The notes under the pieces were generated by a model that saw only the letters and a program-made list of their open reading frames with translations, ran no database searches and was not told where the DNA came from. Position numbers and translations under genes: made by a program. DNA of 64,000 nucleotides, from NCBI GenBank assembly GCA_024238995.1, contig JANBVL010000001.1, positions 74,059 to 138,058 of the forward strand. The letters run 5' to 3'. The DNA is from Patescibacteria group bacterium. GTDB taxonomy: Bacteria > Patescibacteriota > Minisyncoccia > Minisyncoccales > JANBVM01. Positions 37,387 through 46,384 of the stretch are shown here, piece by piece. Every line of letters begins with the position of its first letter. Position 1 is the first letter of the stretch.

Positions 37387-38634
37387 TTATGGATAACCTT
37401 TCTTAGTATATTTTTTCCGCAGCCACCATATTAAAACACCTGCTCCGCCTAATAAAACAAATGTTAAAAGCCAAACCAACCACCAGGAAAAAAGAGTTCC
37501 TCTGATTTCCAGACCACTGCCTTCAATATGAGTTATTAGAGGGGTCATCAACCTAAACCTGATTTCCTGTTCCCTTATATTCCCTGCTCTATCTACTGCT
37601 TTAATAATAACATTATATTTACCAGGTTTTTTGAAAGGAACTTTGTAAGGTGATGTTTCTTCTGTTAAAAATACCCGGGATGGTTCTGGCACACTTAAAT
37701 CAATCAAACCCACCTCATAATGGTCAATGCCTGAATAATCATCGCTAGTTTCAAAATAAATCAATGTCTGGTAGCTAACCAAACGATTATAGCTTTTAAC
37801 TTCAGGCTTAAATTCCTTTGGAGTATTAACATCTGCGCGAATCTGAACATGACTTGTTTGTCCCCAGACTCCTTGTTTTTTTTGCCTTAAATGAAAATAC
37901 CATATTCCATCAGAGACATCAGTAAAAGAAACCTGGCCTTCATTTCCTTCTGAAATGCCGTCTGGTCTTTTACTAGGATTTTGGTCGAAACTCCAAGAAA
38001 AATCAGTTACTCTGCTTTCTTTTTCCCAGGAAAAAGCTGGGCTTGAGTCTGAATACCAAACATTTGGATTAGGATGAGTTGGAGAAAAAACTTCAGGACC
38101 TTCTGGCGGAGGAATTAGAATCTGGTATTTTGCATTAATAGTGCTGGTTAAAATATCAGTTCCTTTGGCATCATTTAAAAGCACTTTTGATGATTCTGTA
38201 AATTCAATTCTAGCAGTTCCAGAAGTTACTGCTCTAAAAGTAATGGAAGAAACCAAACCAGCAGAAGTGCTGATGCCTCCTGGGATCCCTCCTTGAAAAC
38301 TAATAATTCCTCTTTCATTTGAGTAACTGGGAGGAGTAATCCATTCAGTAATCAAAGAAGTGCCAGCAGTAGGAGATGTAACTTGCAAGATGTTTGGAGG
38401 AAACTTCAATTCAGTTTGAACAACATTGATTTCATTACTTTCAGTATTAATAAAAATAGAAACACTAAAAGTACTGCCCACTAAAAAACTGCCTGACGAA
38501 GGAGAAAGATAAAGTTGAGCACTGTTTGATTGGACAGCTTGAGGAAATCCCAAAACCCAGGAGAGTAAAACACCAAACAACAATAATTTACTATTCACCT
38601 TCTTCATAATGGTTTCTTGAAGCAGACTCATCAT
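37387..38634 (-). CDS. cohesin-like single-pass membrane protein, paralog 2 (start probably MKKVNSK at 38607)
   Basis: AQLYLSPSSGSFLVGSTFSVSIFINTESNEINVVQTELKFPPNILQV..., then DGIWYFHLRQKKQG, and C-terminal TM WLLTFVLLGGAGVLIWW. Confidence 0.78.
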   Translation of the reverse strand: MMSLLQETIMKKVNSKLLLFGVLLSWVLGFPQAVQSNSAQLYLSPSSGSFLVGSTFSVSIFINTESNEINVVQTELKFPPNILQVTSPTAGTSLITEWITPPSYSNERGIISFQGGIPGGISTSAGLVSSITFRAVTSGTARIEFTESSKVLLNDAKGTDILTSTINAKYQILIPPPEGPEVFSPTHPNPNVWYSDSSPAFSWEKESRVTDFSWSFDQNPSKRPDGISEGNEGQVSFTDVSDGIWYFHLRQKKQGVWGQTSHVQIRADVNTPKEFKPEVKSYNRLVSYQTLIYFETSDDYSGIDHYEVGLIDLSVPEPSRVFLTEETSPYKVPFKKPGKYNVIIKAVDRAGNIREQEIRFRLMTPLITHIEGSGLEIRGTLFSWWLVWLLTFVLLGGAGVLIWWLRKKYTKKGYP

Positions 38635-39559
38635 GAAACAAGGCGGAATCTTTATGTTGTCTTTTCTTTTTTAACCATATCAGTCCTGCTCCAATGAGAA
38701 TGCTAAAAGTAATTATCCAATAAAACAAAGCTTTATTCTTTTTAATTACTGGAATATGTTCAGCAATATATTCATTACCTGCTTTGTCAATTGCTTTTAC
38801 CCTTATTGTATCATTTAATCCCTGGTCTTCCAGCAAATAGGGGCTGTCAGCTCTTTTCCATTCCCTTTCTCCTTCCTGAACTTCATAATGAGCAATACCT
38901 GTTTGTTTATCAGTAGTAGAAAATGTAATAAAATATTTACCTTCAAAAACACCAGGGCTCTGTTCAAGTATTATTAGGAATGATTCTGGAATAGTAACAT
39001 CACCTTTTAACAGCTCCTGCCACTCTTGTCTTGGAAACTCTGGTATTCCAGACAATATGCTTAAAAGCGCTCCATTTGTAATAAGAGAAGCTTTTGTGCC
39101 TAATCCATCATGAAGCAACACATAGGAATTTTCTGAGAATTCTATTTTGGTAGAAATTGGTTTATTTACTAATGGAGTTTGATATACCTGAAAGATCATT
39201 CTTCCAAGCAGATTACTTGTTCCAGGATCACCAGCTAACTCACCACAATATCCTCCTGGAATCCCGCCTGAAAAAGAAACTAAACCTGTTTCATTAGAAA
39301 ATTCTGGTTCCTTTGCCCAAAGAGAAAGCAATGAATTTCCTTGACTAAAATCTTTAATTTCTAAAACATTGCTGGCAAAACTTAATTCAACTTTCACTGT
39401 ATTAATACACTCTCCTTGTGTATCTATTTTTGCTTCTACTATAAAGGTGTCGCCTTGATAATATCCACTGCTGGACGGTTCTAGATATAAAATAGCTGCC
39501 CCACTTGATAAGGGGAAAAATAATAATAGTAGAAGTATGAATAATGAATTACGAGTCAT
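38591..39559 (-). CDS. cohesin-like single-pass membrane protein, paralog 1 (short, lacks the WYFH middle domain)
   Basis: AILYLEPSSSGYYQGDTFIVEAKIDTQGECINTVKVELSFASNVLEI...GLVSFSGGIPGG, with C-terminal TM FYWIITFSILIGAGLIW. Confidence 0.72.
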   Translation of the reverse strand: MTRNSLFILLLLLFFPLSSGAAILYLEPSSSGYYQGDTFIVEAKIDTQGECINTVKVELSFASNVLEIKDFSQGNSLLSLWAKEPEFSNETGLVSFSGGIPGGYCGELAGDPGTSNLLGRMIFQVYQTPLVNKPISTKIEFSENSYVLLHDGLGTKASLITNGALLSILSGIPEFPRQEWQELLKGDVTIPESFLIILEQSPGVFEGKYFITFSTTDKQTGIAHYEVQEGEREWKRADSPYLLEDQGLNDTIRVKAIDKAGNEYIAEHIPVIKKNKALFYWIITFSILIGAGLIWLKKKRQHKDSALFHDESASRNHYEEGE

Positions 39560-39591
39560 GAATTATGATAAATTTGTTTTTAATTCTTAAT

Positions 39592-40677
39592 TTATCCTGT
39601 CCACCAATACATAAGTATTGAGAAATCAATTAAATCAACAATCCCATCTTTATTTTGGTCAACACAAGCGTCATATTTCCCCCACCAATAAAGCAGAATA
39701 GAAAAATCAACAAGACTGGTCCTTCCGTTTTTATTAAAATCAGCTCTAGGGCAAAATGCTGGCACTATTGCTTCACCAATTACAAATTCTAAAGCATGGG
39801 AAAAACTACTCACAAGCCCCTCAGGAGACAAAGCACTGGCTTTGATATAGTAAGAATCCTCGTCTAGTAAAGAGGTGTTAAAAGAAAAAGTGTAATCTCC
39901 TCTTTGGTCAGCTTTAACTTTATTTATAATAGTCTCTTGGGTATCCAAAGATTTAAGATAAAGACTTATTTCACTTTGAGGAGCAGTCTGGCCTGAAACA
40001 TGCAATAACTCTCCTTTTTCAAGCTGGTTTTTCTCTATCTTAATAGTAGGAGGAATAAGAATATCACCAATAACTACTGTCATGCCAAGAGAAATAGTTA
40101 CTGTAAGAGAAAAAGTAATGGATTTTCTTCCTGCCTTATCTTCAGCCCAAAGTCCAAAAGTATAAGTACCGCCTGTAAGACTATTAATCTCTATTTTAAA
40201 TGCAGCTAATGAATCAGCTCGTGCAGTAGCAATTATGTTTCCATCTTTTAATGTGAAAATTGAGGCATATGGGTAAGCTTTTCCCTGAAGAATAACTTTG
40301 GTCACTGGCTCTCTTGGATAAGGAAGTCCAGGTGGAGTTGGCGGAGGAGGCTCTATTAAACAAGTAGAACTACAACCATCGCCAGAATTAGCATTACTGT
40401 CATCACATTCCTCTCCTTCTCCGTCTTGAATAATCCCATCACCACAACGAGGACCTAAACCACTGCAATCATTTTTACAGAAACCGTATTCTCCGTTATT
40501 CACTCCATCATCACATTCTTCTTCTATTTCAAGAATATCATTTCCACATACCCCTAATATCTTAGCACTAATAGAAACTCCGCTCTGGGCTTGAACGGAG
40601 TCAAAGCTAAAAGCCAATATTAAAAGTACAGAACTAAGTATTGAAATAATTAAAAATAAATTTAGCCATTTTTTCAT
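39592..40677 (-). CDS. secreted Cys-rich-repeat protein with C-terminal dockerin
   Basis: Signal peptide, then CGNDILEIEEECDDG...CGDGIIQDGEGEECDD...GDGCSSTC (DUF4215-type Cys-rich repeats). A Pro-rich linker and an Ig-like middle follow. Dockerin repeats are ADFNKNGRTSLVDFSILLYWWG and DQNKDGIVDLIDFSILMYWW. Confidence 0.78.
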   Translation of the reverse strand: MKKWLNLFLIISILSSVLLILAFSFDSVQAQSGVSISAKILGVCGNDILEIEEECDDGVNNGEYGFCKNDCSGLGPRCGDGIIQDGEGEECDDSNANSGDGCSSTCLIEPPPPTPPGLPYPREPVTKVILQGKAYPYASIFTLKDGNIIATARADSLAAFKIEINSLTGGTYTFGLWAEDKAGRKSITFSLTVTISLGMTVVIGDILIPPTIKIEKNQLEKGELLHVSGQTAPQSEISLYLKSLDTQETIINKVKADQRGDYTFSFNTSLLDEDSYYIKASALSPEGLVSSFSHALEFVIGEAIVPAFCPRADFNKNGRTSLVDFSILLYWWGKYDACVDQNKDGIVDLIDFSILMYWWTG

Positions 40678-40703
40678 TTTTCATTCTCTTTAAAATTGAA
40701 GAG

Positions 40704-41768
40704 TTACTTTATGCCCATTGCTTTCTTCTTTTTTACTATTCTTTTTTTTGTTTTCGTTGTTTCTCTTCTTTTTATTTGCATCCCAGCTTTAGCTAATATC
40801 CATTTATTATACCACTTAATTACTTGAAAAATAATAAATAATATTATTATTGTAATTAAAGAATTTAATAGCATCAACCTCCAAGGAAGAATCCAAAAAC
40901 TTAAGCTGTCTTGAGCGCTTTTTTCCTCTTTCCCAAATTCTATATCTAAAATAGCACGATAATAACCAAATCCAAGGCTATTTTTCTCTTTTTTTAATTC
41001 TTCAAAAAATCCCTGCGCATCCGCTTTATCAATAGGATTTTCTGCATTTAACGTAATAGAAAATGCTCTTTCAGCTCCTGGCAATGCATAATATTTATTT
41101 GGGTTAGCTGAAAGAACAGATATTGCTTTGCCAAAAATATTTTTAATTGTTATTTTTCCTTCAGGTTTTAAATGTACAGTTCCATTGTTTTTTAATAGAT
41201 AACTAAAATCAATTGGCAAATAATTAAAAAATTCTTTATTGGTTTGAAAGTTTTTAATTTGTCCATCTTCAATTACTTCTCCTGAAACATTAAGCAAGAC
41301 CAATATTGCTATTCTACTGCTAATTCCAACACTGCCGTCACCAGATCCTTTTGGAGAAGAAGTTCCCCAAAAAATAGCTGCATAATTACCACCTGCATTT
41401 GCATTTTCAGGAATTCTAATAGTAAAAGAAGTTCTTATTCGTTCTTTCATCTTTAAATGCACTTCTGAAGGAGAAACTTCAATCCACGAAGCCAGTCCTG
41501 ATACTTCTCCAGTGAAAACTGGATCTCCCCAAGTCCCCTGCGTTTCAACACTCTCAAAAGAAGAATAAAAAGTTGAGTCACGGTTTCCACTATTAATTAA
41601 AGTAATTGTTCCAGAAATTACATCTCCTGGATCACCTGAAAATTCAACTTTTGCCGGAGAGACAGTTAAGGCGTAAGAGTTTGAAATAAAAATACTGCAA
41701 CCCAAAATAATAAAAACTATAAGAATAAGTGGTTTTTTCATTTCATTTAAATTAAATAGCCAAGTCAA
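40704..41768 (-). CDS. surface protein with two Ig-like (DUF916 / PapD-like) domains and C-terminal TM anchor
   Basis: Signal peptide, then LTVSPAKVEFSGDPGDVISGTITLINSGNRDSTF and SWIEVSPSEVHLKMKERIRTSFTIRIPENANAGGNYAAIF. The C-terminal TM is LMLLNSLITIIILFIIFQVI, followed by a Lys-rich tail. Confidence 0.6.
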   Translation of the reverse strand: MTWLFNLNEMKKPLILIVFIILGCSIFISNSYALTVSPAKVEFSGDPGDVISGTITLINSGNRDSTFYSSFESVETQGTWGDPVFTGEVSGLASWIEVSPSEVHLKMKERIRTSFTIRIPENANAGGNYAAIFWGTSSPKGSGDGSVGISSRIAILVLLNVSGEVIEDGQIKNFQTNKEFFNYLPIDFSYLLKNNGTVHLKPEGKITIKNIFGKAISVLSANPNKYYALPGAERAFSITLNAENPIDKADAQGFFEELKKEKNSLGFGYYRAILDIEFGKEEKSAQDSLSFWILPWRLMLLNSLITIIILFIIFQVIKWYNKWILAKAGMQIKRRETTKTKKRIVKKKKAMGIK

Positions 41769-41811
41769 TATAAAATTAACATGGAACTAAACAATTTCTT
41801 TAAAAATTGCC

Positions 41812-42429
41812 TTAAAGAGTATTAGAACAAGTGTAAGTAATTATATCTGAATAACTACCGGCTAGGTTTGCTCCACTAATTGCTGCTTGATAATACAAAA
41901 TAAGTCTTGCATCAACTACAGCACCTGTACTTGAAGCCACATTGACATCAGTAATTTCAAAACCACCAACATCACTAGTTGTTGATGCATTGTCATATCT
42001 GGCAGCTATTGTCATAGCAGTTCCAAAATCAGTACTTGTAGCCTGCAAACCATAACCCTCTGTTCCTGCTCCCAAACTAGATGTATTCCCAAAAGAACCA
42101 TCAGCTGAACCGATAAGATCAGGGCCACCAGCATAGTATAATCCTGGATCTGAAGTATCTCCATCGTCCTGAGCTTTAAGAACAGCAACAGCATTACTAT
42201 TAAGATTAACTGTAGTGCTACCGTAAGCAGTTGTCACTGAACCTGTAGTTAAAGTTCCAAAACTAGCAGTATTAGTGCTGAAATTACAACTAATACCTGA
42301 TCCCACTGTTGCTGAAATAGTAACATCATCACTCTTAGCCACATTTAAATTAGATGATAATGAAATAATTACAGCTAAACCCAATACCGCAATAATAAAT
42401 AAATCTTCTTTCTTAATTATCATTTTCAA
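41812..42429 (-). CDS. secreted pilin-like protein (205 aa) with SCPU/Csu-like sequence pattern
   Basis: Signal peptide, then ISCNFSTNTASFGTLTTGS...LAGSYSDIITYTCS. This is a Cys first strand plus FGTL and a terminal aGxYxDxitytC pattern. The whole mature part is homologous to the C-terminus of 42546-44354. Confidence 0.6.
   Translation of the reverse strand: MKMIIKKEDLFIIAVLGLAVIISLSSNLNVAKSDDVTISATVGSGISCNFSTNTASFGTLTTGSVTTAYGSTTVNLNSNAVAVLKAQDDGDTSDPGLYYAGGPDLIGSADGSFGNTSSLGAGTEGYGLQATSTDFGTAMTIAARYDNASTTSDVGGFEITDVNVASSTGAVVDARLILYYQAAISGANLAGSYSDIITYTCSNTL
41945..42015. repeat. 71-bp near-identical stretch shared by the two pilin-like genes, copy 1
   Basis: acatcagtaatttcaaaaccaccaacatca(c/t)tagttgttgatgcatt(g/a)tcatatctggcagctattgtcat has 2 mismatches versus 42679-42749. 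Confidence 0.9.
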
Positions 42430-42545
42430 TTTTACTTTACTTTAATTTTCTATTTTTAAATGAATCGAAAACGACCTTTTATTTTTTATACTATCTAATT
42501 AATTTATCATAATAAGTCAAATTTTGAAATTGTGGAAAACTTTTT

Positions 42546-44354
42546 TCATTCACTTACTGAACAAGTATAAGTAATTACGTCTGCATAACTACCCACTACA
42601 TTTGACACACTACTTGCTGCTTTATAATACAAAATAATCCGCCTGTTGGTTACAGCAGCAGTACTTGAAGCCATAGTCACATCAGTAATTTCAAAACCAC
42701 CAACATCATTAGTTGTTGATGCATTATCATATCTGGCAGCTATTGTCATTACAGCGCCACTTCCATAATCAGTACTTGTAGCTTGCAAACCATAACCTTC
42801 TATTCCTGCTATCAAACTAGCTGTATTCCCAGAAGCACTATCAGCTGAACCGATAAGATCAGTTGTAGCGCTGGACTTATATAGTCCTGGATTTCCAGTA
42901 TCTCCATCGTCCTGAACTTTAACAAAAACAGTACCACCACTTGTAATATCAATAGTAGTACTGCCATAAGCAGTTAAAACTGCACTTGATGTCAAAGTTC
43001 CAAAACTAGCAGTAGTAGTGCTGAAATTACAGGTTAAAGAAGGAGCTTCAGTAACTATTGCTGGATAACCATCAGCATTATAACCATCCAATAAAGTACT
43101 ATTAGATTTTATCATTCGAAAACAATAAGTGGTACTGCCTGGGGCATTGTTATTTTGAACCACCCAATCCCATTCTCCATCTTGGCCATTAGCAATAGCC
43201 AAAAGATTAGCTACCGAGGGATTAGCTTCTTCATAAGATTCTCTAACATTAGAACTGCTTAACAAAGTAGAAGTGGTAGTGGCCTCCTCATCTGTGCCTG
43301 TATTATCATAGCCTCGCCAGATGACTCCAGAAGCTAATCCTCCTACATCACTCCAGGAAGCAACAGCCGGACAACCAGTGGTTGAAGTGCCGTACTGAAG
43401 TTTAAAGGCCTGGGTAGAGGTAGTTAAATCAACTGTGCCAATTGTAATATTCATCCTTATTCGATAAACCGCACTTGAGGTAGCATTAGTAGAGGTAGTG
43501 TTTTCATTAGCCATTGCTCCCGCTGGTTGCACTGAATCTGCATTCCAATACCATCGTGAGTCATTTTGAGTAAAAGTAGGGGTAGGCACAGGATTAAGAC
43601 TAACTCCAGCTTCTATCCAGTCTACACCCAGTCCTAATGTCCATGCCATATCAGATTGAGCATCATTAGCAGTAACACTGCTTCCTGCTCCATCACAGTT
43701 ATTTGTACTATCGTTCCATTGCTGTGCTCCATCTCCGCTTTCGGTCAATGTTGTTGAATTTGCAGCAGATACTACATCATAAACTAAATCCCCTGAAGTA
43801 GTAGGAATTGGTATGTTTGCTGCTAGTCCACTTCCAAAATTACTATTCCAACCATCATCAGGAGTTGTAGTATCAATGCTTGAAAAAACTACTGCTGTAT
43901 GAACTGAACCATTCCAATTAGAATTGTTATCATCCCAAGTTATTGTAACTGTGGCAGATTTTTGAGTAGGTGAAATTTTTTTATAAATATGAACAGTAGC
44001 TTTACCATTCTGGGCTTCTCCTACTAAAGAAAGAGGTTCATTTGCTGTTGCAGCATCCCAGACAACCGAAGAAGCAAATTTACCAGTACTCTTTTGCATG
44101 GCTGAAATAAAAACATAAATAGCTGTCCCCGCTGTAGCATCTACGCTAGTAATTGTTGAAGAAAGGGACTTCTTATCAAAAGATGTAGTTGTGCTTTCAA
44201 CTGTAATTGCCGCCTGTGCTTTTTGAACTTCCGGCGGAAACGGTGGATTCTGCCAAATCCTCGGCTGACCAGAAAACAACCAACTTATCGTTAGCAAGAA
44301 AATAAGGCAAGTCAGTAAAAAATTCCCTAATTTATTCTTGACAAGTTTTGTCAT
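42546..44354 (-). CDS. large secreted/anchored protein (602 aa) ending in the same pilin-like module
   Basis: N-terminal hydrophobic segment NFLLTCLIFLLTISWLF and a Thr/Ser/Asn-rich beta region. The C-terminal approximately 160 aa (LTCNFSTTTASFGTLTSS...VGSYADVITYTCS) parallel 41812-42429. Confidence 0.65.
   Translation of the reverse strand: MTKLVKNKLGNFLLTCLIFLLTISWLFSGQPRIWQNPPFPPEVQKAQAAITVESTTTSFDKKSLSSTITSVDATAGTAIYVFISAMQKSTGKFASSVVWDAATANEPLSLVGEAQNGKATVHIYKKISPTQKSATVTITWDDNNSNWNGSVHTAVVFSSIDTTTPDDGWNSNFGSGLAANIPIPTTSGDLVYDVVSAANSTTLTESGDGAQQWNDSTNNCDGAGSSVTANDAQSDMAWTLGLGVDWIEAGVSLNPVPTPTFTQNDSRWYWNADSVQPAGAMANENTTSTNATSSAVYRIRMNITIGTVDLTTSTQAFKLQYGTSTTGCPAVASWSDVGGLASGVIWRGYDNTGTDEEATTTSTLLSSSNVRESYEEANPSVANLLAIANGQDGEWDWVVQNNNAPGSTTYCFRMIKSNSTLLDGYNADGYPAIVTEAPSLTCNFSTTTASFGTLTSSAVLTAYGSTTIDITSGGTVFVKVQDDGDTGNPGLYKSSATTDLIGSADSASGNTASLIAGIEGYGLQATSTDYGSGAVMTIAARYDNASTTNDVGGFEITDVTMASSTAAVTNRRIILYYKAASSVSNVVGSYADVITYTCSVSE
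42679..42749. repeat. 71-bp near-identical stretch, copy 2
   Basis: See 41945-42015. The flanking roughly 450 bp are also clearly similar by eye. Confidence 0.9.
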
Positions 44355-44556
44355 TTTTTTTATTTTATCAAATTTTATTCAGCAAAGAAACTGTGAAAAA
44401 CTTTAATGCAAAATTATTTTTCTTTTTATTCTGTTATTTTACCAAAAACCAAAAAATCATCAAACAAAAAAGAGCAAGGCTTGATAAAATACATCAGAAA
44501 GATTAAAATAAATAATGATTATTCTTGAAAATCTTACTATTCTAATATTATAAAAC

Positions 44557-44781
44557 ATGACCCTTCGTCACATACCTTTAAATAAACAAAAAAAATACCT
44601 CAAAATAAAAGAGGTGGCAGAATTATTTGGAGTCACTCCTTTAACGCTTCGTAATTGGGATAAAGCAGGAAAATTAAAAGCTTATCGCCACCCCATAAAT
44701 AATTACCGCATTTACAAACCACAAGAAGTTGAGCTTTTTCTGCGAAAGATTGAATCAGGAAAAAAAACAATGCTTGGATAG
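44557..44781 (+). CDS. MerR/excisionase-family helix-turn-helix protein (74 aa)
   Basis: LKIKEVAELFGVTPLTLRNWDKAGKLKAYRHPINNYRIY is the typical HTH_17 / MerR-like N-terminal pattern. Confidence 0.75.
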   Translation: MTLRHIPLNKQKKYLKIKEVAELFGVTPLTLRNWDKAGKLKAYRHPINNYRIYKPQEVELFLRKIESGKKTMLG

Positions 44782-44794
44782 AACTATGAACATT

Positions 44795-44826
44795 AAAAAA
44801 CTGACAGATAATCCTGTCAGTTTTTT
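44795..44826. terminator. bidirectional Rho-independent terminator
   Basis: aaaaaa-ctgacag-ataatc-ctgtcag-tttttt is a 7-bp perfect stem flanked by A6 and T6. Confidence 0.75.
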
Positions 44827-44842
44827 AATTTATCATTTTTAA

Positions 44843-44992
44843 CTATCGCCTAGATTTTATTGGGCCAGATTCTGAAGCCCGCAAGCGCGTCATGGCAGTT
44901 CTTGCTCTGTTAGCAGAAGGATAAGTTTTTTTCTTAGTCCACTTACCTCCTTTTTTCTCAAATAAGGTTTTCTTAAATCTTTTATAAGGCAT
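44843..44992 (-). CDS. possible small basic protein (49 aa)
   Basis: Below the track cutoff. My translation is MPYKRFKKTLFEKKGGKWTKKKTYPSANRARTAMTRLRASESGPIKSRR. It ends just before the bidirectional terminator. Confidence 0.3.
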   Translation of the reverse strand: MPYKRFKKTLFEKKGGKWTKKKTYPSANRARTAMTRLRASESGPIKSRR

Positions 44993-45061
44993 AATTGTAT
45001 ATTATGTTTGTAAGATAGCTTTATTTTCAAAAAATTTCAAGTATAAAAAATCTATCAATTT

Positions 45062-45745
45062 TTAAAGCAATTTGAACTTATTTATCACCAACCCAAACTT
45101 ATAGCCTAAGTGTTTTGCTGCTTTTCGGCAGTAAATCATTCTATCAGTAAAAATCTCAAAGTATTCCATTACAGGAACAAAATTAGTGTCAATTTTTAAA
45201 GTTAAGCTAATGTTTTTTACTTTTTTATTAATTCCAAGCTTTGAAAATTCAGTAGCATAATTAACCCTGTCATGAATATCAGTTTTAATGTCATTAACAT
45301 TATTGGAATTTACCCTTGAGCGACGAACATCTGATTTATCAGCTAAAATGACAACAGCTGAAACAGAGCTTGGTAACTCAATATCTTCGTGTTTAGGTAG
45401 AATATCTTCTTTATCATGAAAAGTAATTGCCTGCATAATTAAAGCCAGTTCTTCAGGTAAAAAATCATCTTTAAATACTTGGCTAAAAAGCATGGAACCA
45501 AGGTAATTATGATGGCTTCTGCTTAAAAAATTACCCATGTCATGACAAAAGCCAGCAATAGCTGATAGTTCCTGTTTTTGAGTTGAAAGACCTATTTCTT
45601 TTGCAATTGTTCTTGCCCTATCAGCCACTAAACTTGAATGCTCTAAACCATGTTCAGTATAACCTGATTTTTTTAAAACATTTTCAGTTTGTTTAATAAA
45701 TTCTAAAATGTATGGATTTTTTTTGACTTCAGTTAAAGTAATCAT
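45062..45745 (-). CDS. HD-domain phosphohydrolase
   Basis: LEHSSLVA...GFCHDMGN contains the H...HD metal-binding motif. Confidence 0.8.
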   Translation of the reverse strand: MITLTEVKKNPYILEFIKQTENVLKKSGYTEHGLEHSSLVADRARTIAKEIGLSTQKQELSAIAGFCHDMGNFLSRSHHNYLGSMLFSQVFKDDFLPEELALIMQAITFHDKEDILPKHEDIELPSSVSAVVILADKSDVRRSRVNSNNVNDIKTDIHDRVNYATEFSKLGINKKVKNISLTLKIDTNFVPVMEYFEIFTDRMIYCRKAAKHLGYKFGLVINKFKLL

Positions 45746-45972
45746 ATTCTCTTTAAAATTTCTAAATACTGCTTAGGATTAATCCCAAGAATTCTTAAGT
45801 TATTTCGGATAACAAAAATCGGTAGCTCTTTATCTCGAGGAACAACTACCGGTCTTTTTAAATCTTCTCGCCAATATATTCGGTGGTCTCCTTTTTCTCT
45901 TTTGAAATAACAACCTACAAATAAAAGAAATTTTTCAAACTTTTTATAATTGATGGGCGTCAAACGAGCCAT
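45742..45972 (-). CDS. hicA: HicA-family mRNA interferase toxin
   Basis: 76 aa. KGDHRIYWRED..RPVVVPRDKELPIFVIRNNLRILGI is a YcfA/HicA-like pattern. Confidence 0.78.
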   Translation of the reverse strand: MARLTPINYKKFEKFLLFVGCYFKREKGDHRIYWREDLKRPVVVPRDKELPIFVIRNNLRILGINPKQYLEILKRI

Positions 45973-45978
45973 ACTTTA

Positions 45979-46311
45979 TCATACTGAAACCTGAACAGTT
46001 TCAGATTCTTGAGAGATAATTATTGGCGGAACCCATTCTTTTTGGCTTTTTTTCCAACCCAATCCTTGCAGGACTTCTTCTAGTGTGCCTTTTTTAACAA
46101 GCTCTTCAAAAAAAATATTAACGATTTCTATAAATCGTTTTTTAGCTTCCTCATAGCTCTTGCCTGAAGTAGATAAATCAAGGGTTGGTGTATAGGCAAT
46201 AAATCTTTTACCCTCTCGAAGCATAGAAACTGAAAGTTTAAATTCTAGTTTAGTTTTTCTCATATTTTTTAATTCCGAAAGAATTAAGATTATGAGACGA
46301 TTTCGTCTCAT
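45979..46311 (-). CDS. hicB: HicB-like antitoxin (start likely MRKTKLEF at 46263)
   Basis: REGKRFIAYTPTLDLSTSGKSYEEAKKRFIEIVNIFFEEL has the HicB/UPF0150 N-domain pattern. It lies directly upstream of hicA. Confidence 0.68.
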   Translation of the reverse strand: MRRNRLIILILSELKNMRKTKLEFKLSVSMLREGKRFIAYTPTLDLSTSGKSYEEAKKRFIEIVNIFFEELVKKGTLEEVLQGLGWKKSQKEWVPPIIISQESETVQVSV

Positions 46312-46384
46312 GTTCTTATTATATTACGTTTAAAGCTTATGTCAATTTAAAAAATTTAAAACAATCATATTTTTATGCTTTTAA

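Noticed and set aside
44557-44781. MerR/excisionase-like HTH gene as the excisionase of the 14-kb element
   Set aside because: It lies about 3.8 kb outside the element boundary defined by the split DUF362 gene, on the opposite strand, with unrelated genes between. It may be an orphan regulator or a remnant of another element.
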